Below are positions 1-11,859 of a DNA stretch of 64,000 bases, one piece after another (position 1 is the stretch's first letter; each line of letters opens with the position of its first letter). The notes under the pieces were generated by a model that was not told where the DNA came from, did no database searches, and worked only from the letters and a program-made list of their open reading frames with translations. Both the position numbers and the translations under genes were made by a program. Origin of the DNA: Gonapodya sp. JEL0774 (Eukaryota); NCBI GenBank assembly GCA_027604505.1, contig JADIIX010000081.1:1-64000 (forward strand), given 5' to 3'.

Positions 1-527
1 AGGGAACGCAATCAGCGATGCAGGTGCCAGTGCTCTTGCCGAGGCTTTGAAGATCAATGGATCGTTGACATCTCTTGACCTCGGTGGTGAGTACTGATTC
101 ACAATGTCGCTGCTTCCCTGTCCTTCCCCCCTCCCTTTGTCCCACATGCTCAAACCTCTCGTCCCCACGCAATGACACAGGGAACGCAATCAGCGATGCA
201 GGTGCCAGTGCTCTTGCCGAGGCTTTGAAGATCAACTGGACTTTGACGTCTCTCAACCTCAGTGGTAAGTGCGGATTCACAGTGTCACAGTGTCTCCGTC
301 TTCATTCCTCCCTTGGTCCCACACGGTCAATCCTCCTTTCCCCATGCAATAACACAGTGAACAAAATCAGCGACACAGGTGCCATTGCTCTCGCCGACGC
401 TTTGAAGATCAATTGGACATTGACGCCTCTCAACGTCAAGTGTGAGTACCCAATCGCCATGTCACAGGTATTCCGTCCTCCCTCCCACCCACACGCTCAA
501 CACTTGCTTCCCCATACCACACCATAG
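1..527 (+). repeat. Tandem ~175-bp exon+intron units (three copies visible)
   Basis: Exons 1 and 2 are identical over their first ~55 nt. The three introns are visibly homologous (shared ...tcacaatgtc/tcacagtgtc..., cctccc...cccaca...tcaa, cccca...cag motifs). Confidence 0.85.
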
Positions 528-622
528 ACAACTGCATTGGCGAGTCCGGCATTCGCGCCACCCGTGCCCTCGAGACCCTTCGGGGTGCCGAGCTTACGAT
601 TGATGTGTCATGGCAGGAGTAA
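3..622 (+). CDS. 3' end of an RI-like (NLRC3/ribonuclease-inhibitor type) leucine-rich-repeat protein; 5' part lies upstream of the window
   Basis: Exons 3-86, 181-264 and 358-441 are each 84 nt (28 aa, e.g. GNAISDAGASALAEALKINWTLTSLNLS). They are separated by GT-AG introns 87-180, 265-357 and 442-527. Terminal exon 528-622 reads YNCIGESGIRATRALETLRGAELTIDVSWQE-stop (TAA 620-622). Confidence 0.9.
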
Positions 623-1564
623 CTCTAATGTCTACTTCCTCATTTATTGTGTCTTTTTTTATGTTTTGTTCTACCAGTTCGTTCATTTGTATTCTAACTG
701 CTCATTGATGCACGAAATGAGGGCCGTATCTGAACAGCTTGTGGTTGGTTGGTGGTCTCGCCACTCACGCACACATTGACCCACAGAGCCCTCTGCCCTG
801 GCCACACCAATGTGGCATTCATTGGAATAGTAAGAAGTTTGCTAGAATGCATGTGTCAATATAAGCAATGGTACAGTACGAAGTGATGCTCTTCCGCCCC
901 ATCTCAAAGTGAAGACTGAAGACTGAGCATGCTTACCCCGAGGTCATTTTGGTTTGTTGAATTGTGGGGTTTTACGCCCATCATTTGGGTTTCTTGTTGG
1001 GGACGGTGCATCCACCACCATTTGTTGTCCTGAGAATAGTGGACAACTGACGTTGCGATGCGTGATATCATTCACATTGACACTTGGAATGCGCCATGGA
1101 ATTTTCATTCTTCTTGTGACCGTTCAAAGACGATAGTTTTCATCCCAAGCAAAGGACAGACCATCTCCCTTGTGTTGCCAGCGTCTGATTTTTTGATCTT
1201 GAAGCTGGACCCCGGGGCCTATTCTTCGTCGGGTGTCCAATTCATTTTCAGAAGTGGCATCGAAGATTCGGAGGGGAATTCATAACTGCTAAGGGCCACT
1301 TCTTGGTCGAGCCGTGGGGGAGGAGAGAGTGAGCGTGGCCTGTGCACAGGGAGCAACCGCGGTCATGGCCTCAGCACCCACACCCACAGCAACAATCGAT
1401 CTCGGACATTCAAAGTTCCGTGCAAGCCTTCTCACTCCAATTCATTCGACTGCAGCCGACATTTGACCCAACCAACCCACTCGATCTCTTCTTATACCAA
1501 CACCCATTCCCCTTATACCCTCCATTCCCCCGACTATTCCTCCACTCATGCTGGTCAATCACGC

Positions 1565-2413
1565 ATGCCAATACCCAATTTCATGCGCTACCAAACAGCG
1601 ATAAACGAGCAGGGTGAGTGTTTGGTGTGTGATGACTGGACTCCTCCTCCCAGGGTCCAAACCGTGTTCCGTACTATTCCACCCACGTTTTCAGTGAGGA
1701 CGAATTGGTCGAATGGCTGACTCAAATCACACTGGCCTCCTGCTTGCAACTGAAAACGTGACCTGTCGACTGCATTGACCGATACCGTTCCTCCAGGAGA
1801 ATTCCGATTACAGGTTTGTGAGTCCATTATTGCTAATTCATACATCTACATGCATTAGTTCACTTTCCTGCATACCTCTCACGTTCCTATATCAGACAAC
1901 TCGTCGGCTGCATCTCCCTCTTCGTCGCGTCCAAATACGAGGAACTCCGGGTCACCGTCCTCACAATATCCCACATCGTCACTCTCTGCGCAGGATACTA
2001 CACACCCACAACTGTGTACGAAATGGAGAAGCGCGTCCTCGGTGTGCTCGACTTCGACCTCGGATTCCGCGGATGAAACGTGTTCTTGGGCTTGTTCGAC
2101 CAAGAATACCAAGGAACGTACGCTCCCGGCCCACTTCGAGTGAGACTGTACCGACGACACAGTTGTGTCGACGTCGCGCACGACAACTCGTCCGAACCCT
2201 CTGCCACGGCGCCCCCCCACCACACACAATCCTCGCGATCTTTCCGTTGACGCCTGCACTTTTCTCACGTCTTCCGCACGACACGAGATTGTCGACCTTG
2301 CACGACGACTGGCCGGCGCATCGCTCCTCCACTCGGCCTTCTCCCCCGCACACCCTCTCGCCCTCGCGTGCGCCCGCCCTGCTCGCGTCGGAATATCTCT
2401 TCATCGCTCATAG
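1565..2413 (+). pseudogene. Cyclin (A/B-like cyclin box) pseudogene
   Basis: MPIPNFMRYQTAINEQ, intron 1614-1694, frameshift, ELVEWLTQITLASCLQLKT*PVDCIDRY (TGA 1759-1761), intron 1818-1895, then LQLVGCISLFVASKYEE...YEMEKRVLGVLDFDLGFRG* (TGA 2074-2076), then Cyclin_C-like EIVDLARRLAGASLLHSAF. Start and end are approximate. Confidence 0.8.
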
Positions 2414-2820
2414 AGATGCCAGTGCAAATGTGAGTAGTGGACACGCCATGGGTGTGTGTGTTGTTCCCGTCACCGAAACGCACGAACGCTGACGTTCTCG
2501 TTTCACATCGCATCACAATTCGCCAGCTCGGAGAACGACCTGCCCTCTCACCAACCTCGAACCAACCGCGGTTCCCCTTTCATCCGCTCTCGTGCAGCTT
2601 GCCCTCTCGAACATCCCAATAATCGATCGGGGAACTCAATTTCGTGCAGTCCATGAACACGTTTACATTTCGCCACCTGAGACCTGTCGTGCGCTTTCCT
2701 CTCGCTTATCAGTGGCACCTATATTTTTCATTCAACGCAGCGGCTTTGGACAATTGCAAGAGATCTGAAAGTTTGCATGTACATTTCTTGTTCTTAATGT
2801 TTTTTGTGAATATTTCTGTT

Positions 2821-2945
2821 TTGAGAGGGGGGGGGGGGGGGGGGGGGGGGNNNNNNNNNNTCTGATTTTTTTTTCTTAGTTTTCTTTGTGTTTGTCTTTT
2901 TGGGGGCCGGGGGGGGGGGGGGGCCCCGGGGGGGGGCAGTGGGAA
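2821..2945. other. Assembly gap (N 2851-2860) flanked by poly-G/low-complexity read-end artefact
   Basis: 10 Ns with long G runs on both sides. Confidence 0.9.
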
Positions 2946-4209
2946 GGGGATCCTTTTGGATTCGGAGTAATGGAGTCAAGTCAAGGAAGAAGGAGGGAGG
3001 GTTGATGAGTCGTTATGCACACACCAAACTGGAAAAGTCACTTACATAGTAGAGTCTCTCCACGCACGCGCATGTAATAGCTACCTCTCAATTTGAACTC
3101 GTGCATCTGACACTGGTATGATTGGAGAAGTGCGTTTATGTTGTGTATTATTGTTCGTTTCATTTTGGAGGGTATCGCCGGCTGATCGGCCGGTTCATCG
3201 CCAACAAGCAACTGAACCTGCACGATCGAAAAATAAATCATACGTATCTTCACTGCTATTTACGAGTCACATTGTTTGTGAAACGGTTTCCAAAAAGTGG
3301 AATACACAGGAGTCATCCACGAATGAAAGAAAAGAGATGTGCCGGAGAGAGCTGGATCACGCATCTCGACAAGAAACCTGCATTCAGTTGCCTGGTGTGA
3401 ATCATTCCACGTTTGGAGAACTCATACCGACGGGAACCTCCCTGTGAATGATAGGAATATTTCGTGGGAGACACCACGCTCACCAGTTGAATGAAGGCAG
3501 TGATGCTATCCATTTATGCCGGACTGTATCGGTATTTTCGGTGCTAGATTCTGCATGGTTGAGTATTTAGAACCCTTTTGAAAATATGTGAGACTTTCGG
3601 CCTGGTGAAGGTGTGAATGGATGAGGCACAGCCCGCGAGAGCCCATTCAATATTTCAACATCGTATACGGACATGAGATCTTCTGATAAATGTCACGGTG
3701 AACCACATTTTTGAGCATTTTTGATCACTTACCTAAAGCATGACATCCCGCGATTTGATTTATTGGGCTAGTGAATTGGCGGATGTACGGAGAAGCTCGG
3801 CGGCTACATAAACTGTATTCAGCCACCACCCACCTTTTTGTATTGTTGTCAGATCATCCATCCAACACAAGCCTCCTGGACTTGGGGAACTCGCGATTTC
3901 TGATAAGCACAAGGAACTGTCGCTTGGCTCTTTTGGAGGCAGAAGGCTAAACTCGCTGTCACCCGTCCGTGATGTTCTGGCGGCTTGTAACGTCCTTATT
4001 ACATAATTATAAAAAGCGCCTGAATGTGCGGTGCACATCACATCCCCAGGCAAGCCACCTCTACGGGACCAGTACAAGTTGCAAATTTCAAAATGGAGTC
4101 CGTTTGAATCAGTTTGTGGGTCTCGACGGAGGATTACATCAACCCCAAGGTTGCAAACCCAGCTCCAATTCATTCCTCGTACCAAACAACGATTCTTTAG
4201 AGCGCAAGA

Positions 4210-6517
4210 ATGTACAGACTCAAAGAAACGACACCGGGTGCTGGTACAGCTACCAAAGAGCGTCCGCATTTGTTCCGCCAAGACCGGCAGCTGACAACTG
4301 ACGGGTCCCCAACTAGACCCGCAAAGTCCCAGCGAACAGAAACTGGAATCGCGTTCGCGGACTCGCTTTACATGGACATTAGCGCCGAAGGAAATGCGAC
4401 AACGGGAGCCGCTCCGTGTTGGCAGGTCCCCATGTCATGCGAGGATAACGTGGCCTCCCCCATCTCCGAACCGAGAGGGCGGACGGCCGTTAGCAGGGTG
4501 CAGCATTCACAGCAAGACATGTCGCAATCAAATGCTATAAGAGAACTGCCACAGCTTCCTGCCAAGATTTGGATCGTCGTCTTTCGCTTCCTGCGGGTTC
4601 CAATGTCGAACCTTCTTACGCTAAGAGTCACATCTCGCACATTCCGCAGAGCAGCAGAATTCGCTCTCCTCCACGTTGTTAAAACCTCTACAGTTCGTTT
4701 CCATGTTCCTTTCTCAGACTTGATCCCTTTTAATCCGGCCATCGAAACTCGTCGACTGTATCTCTTACGGGAGTGGAGCGTCGCCGGAACTCCGCGCATT
4801 CCTTTGTCTTTTTGCAGCCGGATTCCTCCCTCAACACCGCAGCACTCGGTTTCGGTATCGGTGAATCCACAGTCGACAGCTGCGACTCCCGATGGCGTGC
4901 ACGGGGTTGGTGCTTCCAGCACTTCACAGTTGCAGTCCCCCGTTGTGGGAAATGTCATCGCGGCAATCCCGGCGCATGTGCATGCGACTTCTATTCCATC
5001 ATTAAACAATTCACAATCGATTGCACCAGCAACCATTGGATCACCTCTGGTGGCAACATCCGGCGTGCCGAACTTAAACTCCATGATGTCTGCGAACACC
5101 ACCCCTCCTCATGCGCCATCTCAATCGCACTCTTACCTGCCACCTATTCCGCAAATTGCTGCTATGGCCTCGTCCTCGTTGTCGAGCTCTGCAAACTCAT
5201 CACCTCTTCCACCGCCGAGTGTCCACACAAGTCACAATGTCGCTCATCACCTCAGCATTCCCACGCCGATCGCGACCCCCCATGCCGATGCTACCGAAAG
5301 CTACTATCCATACAATGTGGGTAGCCTAGCGGGAGCCCAGCAAAGTCAGGGCACAGCTCCTCCAACGATCGCCGCGCACACCCAAGTGATTCCCGACTCG
5401 AACCAGTCTCTGCTCCCACCAAATATTCCCATACCATCAATTCACAATCCGACTGCTGTACCGGTAACGGCCAACCAACCTGGACCTTTTCCACCCCTTG
5501 CAGTGGCACCTGTCCTTCCAGCTGTCAATCCAGTCCCTCCTCCACACGTTCCTGGTGTGGGGCATCCACCAGCTAGCCGGCGACCTGTCCTACAAATTGC
5601 AACCTCGTACAATAAGTACCCGATGCCTCCGGCGCCAATCAACCCATCGTTCTCTTCTATGCTCTTCACCCGGTGCATGACCCTTCGCTGTGTGGGAGTA
5701 GAAGGTTTGGAGGGTGGGATAATGTCGTGGAAAGCAAAGTACGCCGTGGAGTTGACGCCCAGTAAGGAGGTTATGGAGGATGTGACGGATGAGAGCGAGT
5801 GGTGGATTGCGCAGGGTGGCGTGTTTGATTTCGTGCAAAAGCATTAGTGAGTATTGTTTGCACTAAGTGTCCATTAGAGAGTACCGGTCATTCTCATTTG
5901 GGCCGTTTTCTGTCTCGTTTTTCTGTTACCCCCAGCTGCGGCTTCATGTCCTCCCCTGGTTTGATCCTCTCCCCAGACCCCATCTCAAAGCCTCCACGTG
6001 GGCTGTCAGCCACCCGCCCCAGTATCTTCCCCGTATTCTGGATACACAAGCTTGTCGGACACTTTTGGGCGAACCTGTGCCCGAACATCGCGCTGCTGGT
6101 GGGGGAGTAGTTGAGAGCAACAGTGTTGACAATGCCAGTACCCTCACGGATAGCCACGGGAATCCCAGACCCGTTGCAAGAACCGAAAGCGGGCGTCACT
6201 ATTCTACTCCGTACAAAAGCGCAGACTTCTCTCTGGACATGGTCGTACTAGGCCAGCTCCCCTATGTAGGCCGCCTGCCCCCGGTCCGACCCTACCCCTC
6301 CCACCCACTTTCTCCCTCTGGAGTCGAGTCTTGGCCTGCTCCCTTTGCCCCAAAAGGCGCAATTGACCCACTTTTGGCGGCCTCAGTGTTTGATAAGCTC
6401 GGGTATCACGTGGGGACGCAGTCCCTTCAGCAACAAGACCACGAATGGTTCGGCGCTGTCCGTGGGTTCGAGTGCGGAATCAAGTGGCTTGTGGGGAAAT
6501 GCACGGGTGGGATATGA
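4210..6517 (+). CDS. F-box-containing protein with Pro/Ser-rich disordered middle
   Basis: 545-aa ORF with F-box-like LPQLPAKIWIVVFRFLRVPMSNLLTLRVTSRTFRRAA. A GTGAGT donor at 5847 overlaps the ORF stop. Probable introns 5847-5935 and ~5998-6050 lead into the 5867-6517 reading frame. The 3' exon structure is uncertain. Confidence 0.6.
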
Positions 6518-7295
6518 AATGATTGAGTTGGAAAAGGGCGAGGGATGAGCGGCGAACGCCAGCGGCGGTGCTGATGTGGAAGGACATTTGGTTCATGTCA
6601 CGGAGTGACAGTTTGAATTCCACCTGGCGCAGCTGTAAAATAGTAACAACTAGGATGACTGTGGATTCCCCATGAGTGATCGGGTGATTGGGAGGGTTTC
6701 GGCTGTCTTGGATCAGCAGCTTCCCGATGAACGCTGAAACATACAGATTGAGATATGAAGGTTTTCAAGATACTTGAAACATGAAACCGTTTTGCGAGCC
6801 AAGCGAGGGAAGGGAGGGAAGCGCCGGTGAGGGTGGAGCTTCTCGATATCATGTTCTCTTTTTGGAGACACGAATTGTGCTCCATCCAAATGATTTCGAG
6901 TGCCAGACCAGTGGAAACTCAAAGTGTGATTGCTGGACAATTCTATCATCGACGTCATACTTGGATTCTGAGACGGAGCAACATATAAACACCGGTAAGG
7001 ATCCTCCTTGACAGGGTGCCTTAGAGTAGCAATGCCGAAATAGGGGATTCGCTCTTCGATCGATCGACACAGTAGCGGAACACGAGCTATTCTTTCATGT
7101 GAAGCTACAAATTAAAGTACTTCAAAGTTCATTTATTGACAATCTCTGACCATATTGCGACGATCTTAGCTTTGAAGATAAAGTACACTTGTTTTTCATT
7201 TCGAATTTGTTTCGAGTGGGCTTCTTCCTTAGCACGCCCACATTCCTTACAGTCACCATGTTGATGGGCGGTCAGCTTTGGCGGACGAATATGGC

Positions 7296-9977
7296 TCATA
7301 TGAGAGCCTGATTGCTCTTTTTGATATTGGTTGGCTGCGGTGATGTGGACGCCGTCGTCTTTGCATTTGCTGAGGATGCATTGTGATTCATGAGGGATCT
7401 GTTCTCTGCAGACAATTAATCGGAAGAGGGCATGACCTCCTCGAATCAGTTTCTTGTGACTGGGGTAGAGAGCTTGTCACAGGGCAACGATGATACTCAC
7501 GCTTGAGAGACTGGGCAAACACTTGCAGCATTTCCAAGAACTTTGATTGGACATTTTGGAATTCCACAATGCCCGAGAAGCGCCCGTTAATGAAATTCGG
7601 GTCTTGTACGGCCGTGAAATCGAACTTCGTTGCTATTTGTGGAAAGACGTGTCACATCAGACTTACAGTAACGCACACCGAGCGCTGAGAGTTAACGAAG
7701 CTTCAAATGTGATTCCTCACCCTTTCCAATGACTTGAATCATTTTGTTGATCGGTATGATCATCCAGAACTCCGTGAGCACAGCAGACAGGCAACACATC
7801 CCGACGACGATAGATATTGCTGAGTTGCCGGTAGATAACACAAATGCAAAACGGTCGCCAAATGAAATCAAGTTATGCAAATTCAAGGGCTCTCGAGTTA
7901 ATATGATATGCAGTGCCCACCGATTATGATGACTTTCCGATTTGTTTCTGCAAGCTGGTCGGCAAGTCTTGCCTGAAGAAGGAGAGTATCCGCCAGATAA
8001 TCGTTGGCCGGCGCCCCACTGACAATCAGCCACTTGTAGTTTCGCCGCTTGTATGTGGTCACTTGGAACAGGTAGTCTCCAGTCTGAAACTCTTGGTCCG
8101 CGAAATCTTTGGTAAGGTCATTGCCGGAGTAGGCAAAGATTTTTGCAGCGGAGATGTTAACAAGTGGGTAATCCGCAAGAGAAAAGTCCCAAATAGTTTT
8201 CAGAGCGAAGGTATCGGATGTGGGTTGGTAGATAAGGGGCTGGGACACATGGTAAGCAACAAAACAATGTTGTAACAAGTTTCCAGAATCGAGAAGTGGT
8301 CCCTCTGTGGGAGAAAGACCTCACCGACTGCGCATAGTAGTTCGCCTGTGCTAGACCAGACATTCCAAGTACCTGTCCAGTGGGAGCCACAATGTAAAAC
8401 ACACTGTTTGCCGTCGCGCGAGCCTTCAACTGATCCAAAATCAACGCGAAGTTGGACGTGGACACCGAAACGTGTCCCGTAGCCACAGCGTTCCCGGTTC
8501 CGTCGTATACTGGAAAAGAAACATACTGTACGATGAGGCGAGGCATAAGGCTGGAGGGACTCGCAATCGCTGGGTCGGAGTAAACAAAGTAGCCCGCGGG
8601 TTGATTATAGGCTACGAGGTACCAAGCGCGTTTCCAAAACTGGACTTGCGGGGTCTGGTTTTGGGTTAATCCATAGTATGTGAATGTGAGAATGCATATG
8701 CTTTCCCTCTTCCCGGGGAAATCAACTGCAGGATAATGCAACAGCGCACGTACCATCATCAACGTGTTTCCGATTGTGATAGTATCCCCGAAACCTTGCT
8801 TCGCAAAGTAGCTCACTACTCGTGAGTCTGTGGTTACATTTGGACAGAACTGGGCGCAAGTTTTGTTGGCGGCCATGTAGTTGTAGATGTACTGAGTCGG
8901 TTCTAAGAAGAGGTTGCACATGCATGGAATTCCCATATTTCTTACTAGACGACGTGTGATATACCAGAACACACCAGAGCTCGAAGCATTCTCGTACAAA
9001 GGTCCCGCGCCGATGGTTTCCCCGGTATTGTTGTTGAAAATGAGATGAAACATGATTGTCGGTCGGATCGCCCGCAGATTTGAAATCATCAGTGGGCCAA
9101 GAGTGCTGACAACAAATTGGTGTATGGCGTTAGCGAGAACGCCGAACCGATGTGTGAGTTCTTTTCCGAGCAAGGACGACCTGGATTGAAACCCTACTCA
9201 CTCAAAATCTGACACGTTAACTTTTCCCTGCGAAATCTGAGTATTTGTTGCGTTGAACAGAGCCTCCACCTTGCCGAGGGCCGAGTCTGAAAGGTGCGTC
9301 GAAAAAGGAAGAGCGATGTGGGCATGCAAAACTGCAGTATGAGGGGGACGACTGCAAACGAATGCGAGAACAGACCCGACCCACCCAGATAGTTTGCAAC
9401 TAGCTTGGACGAGTCCCTCTGACGCGCGGTGACCATGGTCATGATGTTTGCTGTTCCTGTAGCATGTGTAGATGTGTTATTGTCGTAAGTTATGTGTGGG
9501 ATGGGGATCACCCGGCACCAGATGAGTGAGCGATTTAAATCAGTTGATCCGTATGTGTTTGTCACCCGTTTTAGACAGGACGGGGTGGTCTCAGCAGGAT
9601 CCGCGCATCTAGTTACACGCGTGTTCATTCGACTTCATTTACCTTGCTGGATTGCGTCCTGGTTGGACTTTTGAGAGGAGGAAAAAGAGACCAGGGAGAT
9701 AGAGATGGCGACAGTGGCGATGCTGGCGAGATTGAGATGAGAATGGCGGGTTTTGGTGGTACTCAATTAGACATTGAAGGTCACCTGCCACCGCAAGATT
9801 CCAACTCTCCCTCTGGCGCTCCGCCTCGCCGAGACCACTGCATTGCACTTACTTGAATATCACCAGTAATATGATCGCCGCTCTGAGCGGGAGACCCCAT
9901 CGTTTGCCCGGGACAAGACGGGGGTTGACCGGCCCCTGGCTCTCAGCTTCGGAAGCGGATGCGGAAGGCGTTTGCAT
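7296..9977 (-). CDS. Membrane sensor: TM1 - extracellular double-Cache (dCache_1-like) - TM2 - HAMP-like helix pair - short tail; no catalytic output domain
   Basis: ATG 9977: MQTPSAS...WGLPLRAAIILLVIF|NIATVAISISLVSF (TM1). Cache motifs FWKRAWY...YSDP...VSFPVYDGTGNAVATGHVSV...SVFYIVAPTGQVLGMS. TM2 AISIVVGMCCLSAVLTEFWMIIPI. HAMP-like NKMIQVIGK|ATKFDFT...SGIVEFQNVQSKFLEMLQVFAQSLK. Last exon QNRSLMN...NQALI-stop (7296-7298). Some internal exon borders were not resolved. Confidence 0.75.
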
Positions 9978-11146
9978 GATCTAGCTGGGTGTGCGAATTG
10001 GTGAATACGGAGCCCCGATAGGAGGAGATTGGAGTGATGTGGGAAAGTGTGATGGGTGAATGCCTTGATGGGATGTTCGCCAAGGTGATCAGGGGCAAGT
10101 CAGGCAGCAATTGGGCTGAGGCTACTGGGACTCTGGAAGGGAAGACACCGCGCCGATCACATTTCAATCACCATTGCCAATGGTGCACGGACGGACGAAA
10201 ACTCTTTTTGATGGAATTGATACAGCCGTGCGGATACATATTCGAACTTGCCACGGGGACACACTCATCATTATTGAATAATGCAATTACTATTGATGAC
10301 CGCAGAGCCTGACCATACTTCTCGTCTCTCTCCATTGTCGCACCGGAGTTACAGTTTTCAAACATCAAACGCCTGCTGGCTGCGAGTACATACATTCCTT
10401 ATCAGGCTTACATTCCTCGAGTCTCTTGCTGGCCTGTTCCATACAAGGTCCCGTCCCAGACACCCAAAAACGCAAAAATTGGGGCATATTCTTTACTTGT
10501 GCATCAGCGAAGTAGGGAAAGCCAATGACAGGTGGAGGAGGCAAACACTGCACAAATTGAAACAAACATCCCTTGTAAACAACCCTTGTGCTCTCCATAT
10601 TCACAACGAATATCCGGCTGCGCCGCGCCAAACTCAAACTGTACATTAGAAGGTCGTTGTTATCACCTATCTGAGACTAAGAGTTGCACAACCCAGTAGA
10701 TGACTGTGTGCAGTGAACCCATAGTATTACTACGGGTCAAATAGGTTTCACCAATGTCTGGGAGCTGGTTGAGGTTTTCGAAGAAACGGATTGACTTTGC
10801 GTATTGCTGAGGTATATTTTCTATTCGACGCAACTTCTACATCACCACAGGTTCCACTTCTTCTCTTCAGAGCAACGCAATTAGTGCAAAGTAAGATGTA
10901 CGTGTGTGTCGGCTAAAGGCTCGCCTTACATTGTTGTTCACGAAAGAACATGAGAGACGTTTCCAGGGTGCGCGACTCGCCAATGGCACCCCGTCCTGCG
11001 TATCCTCGGTCCTGCGTCTCCTCAGTCCTGCATTTCCTTGGCCCAGGCGAGCCCCCCTCCTGATGGCGACGTGCTCCGACGCACTGAGTGGAATGGCTCC
11101 CCTCCGGACAGGGCAGCTATAAACCCGCGAGCGGCTGACACAAAGT

Positions 11147-11342
11147 ATCCCCCCCCTGAGGCGCCCGCCATCCACCGTTCCCTCCGACGGGAATACGCCA
11201 TGCTGTACTCATGTGAGATTCGCACATGGTTGGTGGGTCTGGCGTTTAAGGTCCGGCGCTTTTGGCATGTTGCGTTCGCAAGTCTAGCGGATTGCTCTGG
11301 TGGTCTAGTATATTGCTTTTGGCGTCTGGCGGTCTCACAGTT
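11147..11342 (+). ncRNA. Candidate structured ncRNA of ~190 nt (multi-branch, ends in ACA-NNN; possibly H/ACA-class)
   Basis: TATAAA at 11118-11123. 5' TGAGGCGCCCGCCA (11157-70) can pair with 3' TGGCGGTCTCA (11327-37), with ACA at 11337-39. Three internal hairpins. No credible ORF. Family not recognised. Confidence 0.35.
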
Positions 11343-11859
11343 TGTCATCATGGGACAGTCAGCAGGTCACTCTCAACACCCTTCAGGCGGATGCAGAATA
11401 CAGGTGGCAGCAAACCCGCTCTCCTTACCATTGAGGTTTCAGATGTGCGTTCAGTGCATGGTATGAAAGTGAAAGTGAAGCAAGGAAAGTCGAAGAGCAG
11501 AGGAAAGGGGAGCAGCTCTGGGGAGTTACAAAATTTCCCTTTCACAACCGAGATCTACTCCTAAGGGTTTTTGCTTTCACATCTGGACGCACAAGAGAGC
11601 TAGAGACTTCGAATAGTTTGTAACAGGATCTTTGGATATTAATCTTCACAATCAGCAAACTTGCGAGATTCCGCATTTGTTGATGAAGGATAGGGGAGCA
11701 ATACCAAACTTTCCCTATAAGTATACGAAACAGCCTTACCTGTATTTGCATTTGCTCAACGCATGTTTCCAGTTTATGTGTGCTTGTGTGTGACCAAAGA
11801 GCGCTTGACATTTTCTCCATCACGATTGGACCCAACTAAAACCAAACTTCTATCTCTCA

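Noticed and set aside
1759..2076. In-frame TGAs in the cyclin as selenocysteine or readthrough
   Set aside because: They are not at Cys/redox positions, they come with a frameshift, and no SECIS was recognised.
2821..2945. Poly-G tracts as G-quadruplex or telomere-like elements (also 47956-48051)
   Set aside because: They abut N gaps and look like two-colour-chemistry read-end artefacts.
3038..3513. Minus-strand multi-exon gene fragment running toward the gap
   Set aside because: Splice-like signals are present, but I could not build a consistent reading frame or recognise a product.
4368..5102. Long antisense ORFs (e.g. 4368-5102, 1879-2268, 22882-23373, 63352-63903)
   Set aside because: Shadows of GC-rich coding exons on the opposite strand.
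11084..11126. U19/snR191 or a telomerase template (GAGTGGAATGGCTCC; TAAACCC)
   Set aside because: The required rRNA guide pocket or 1.5-repeat template is not present; probably chance matches.
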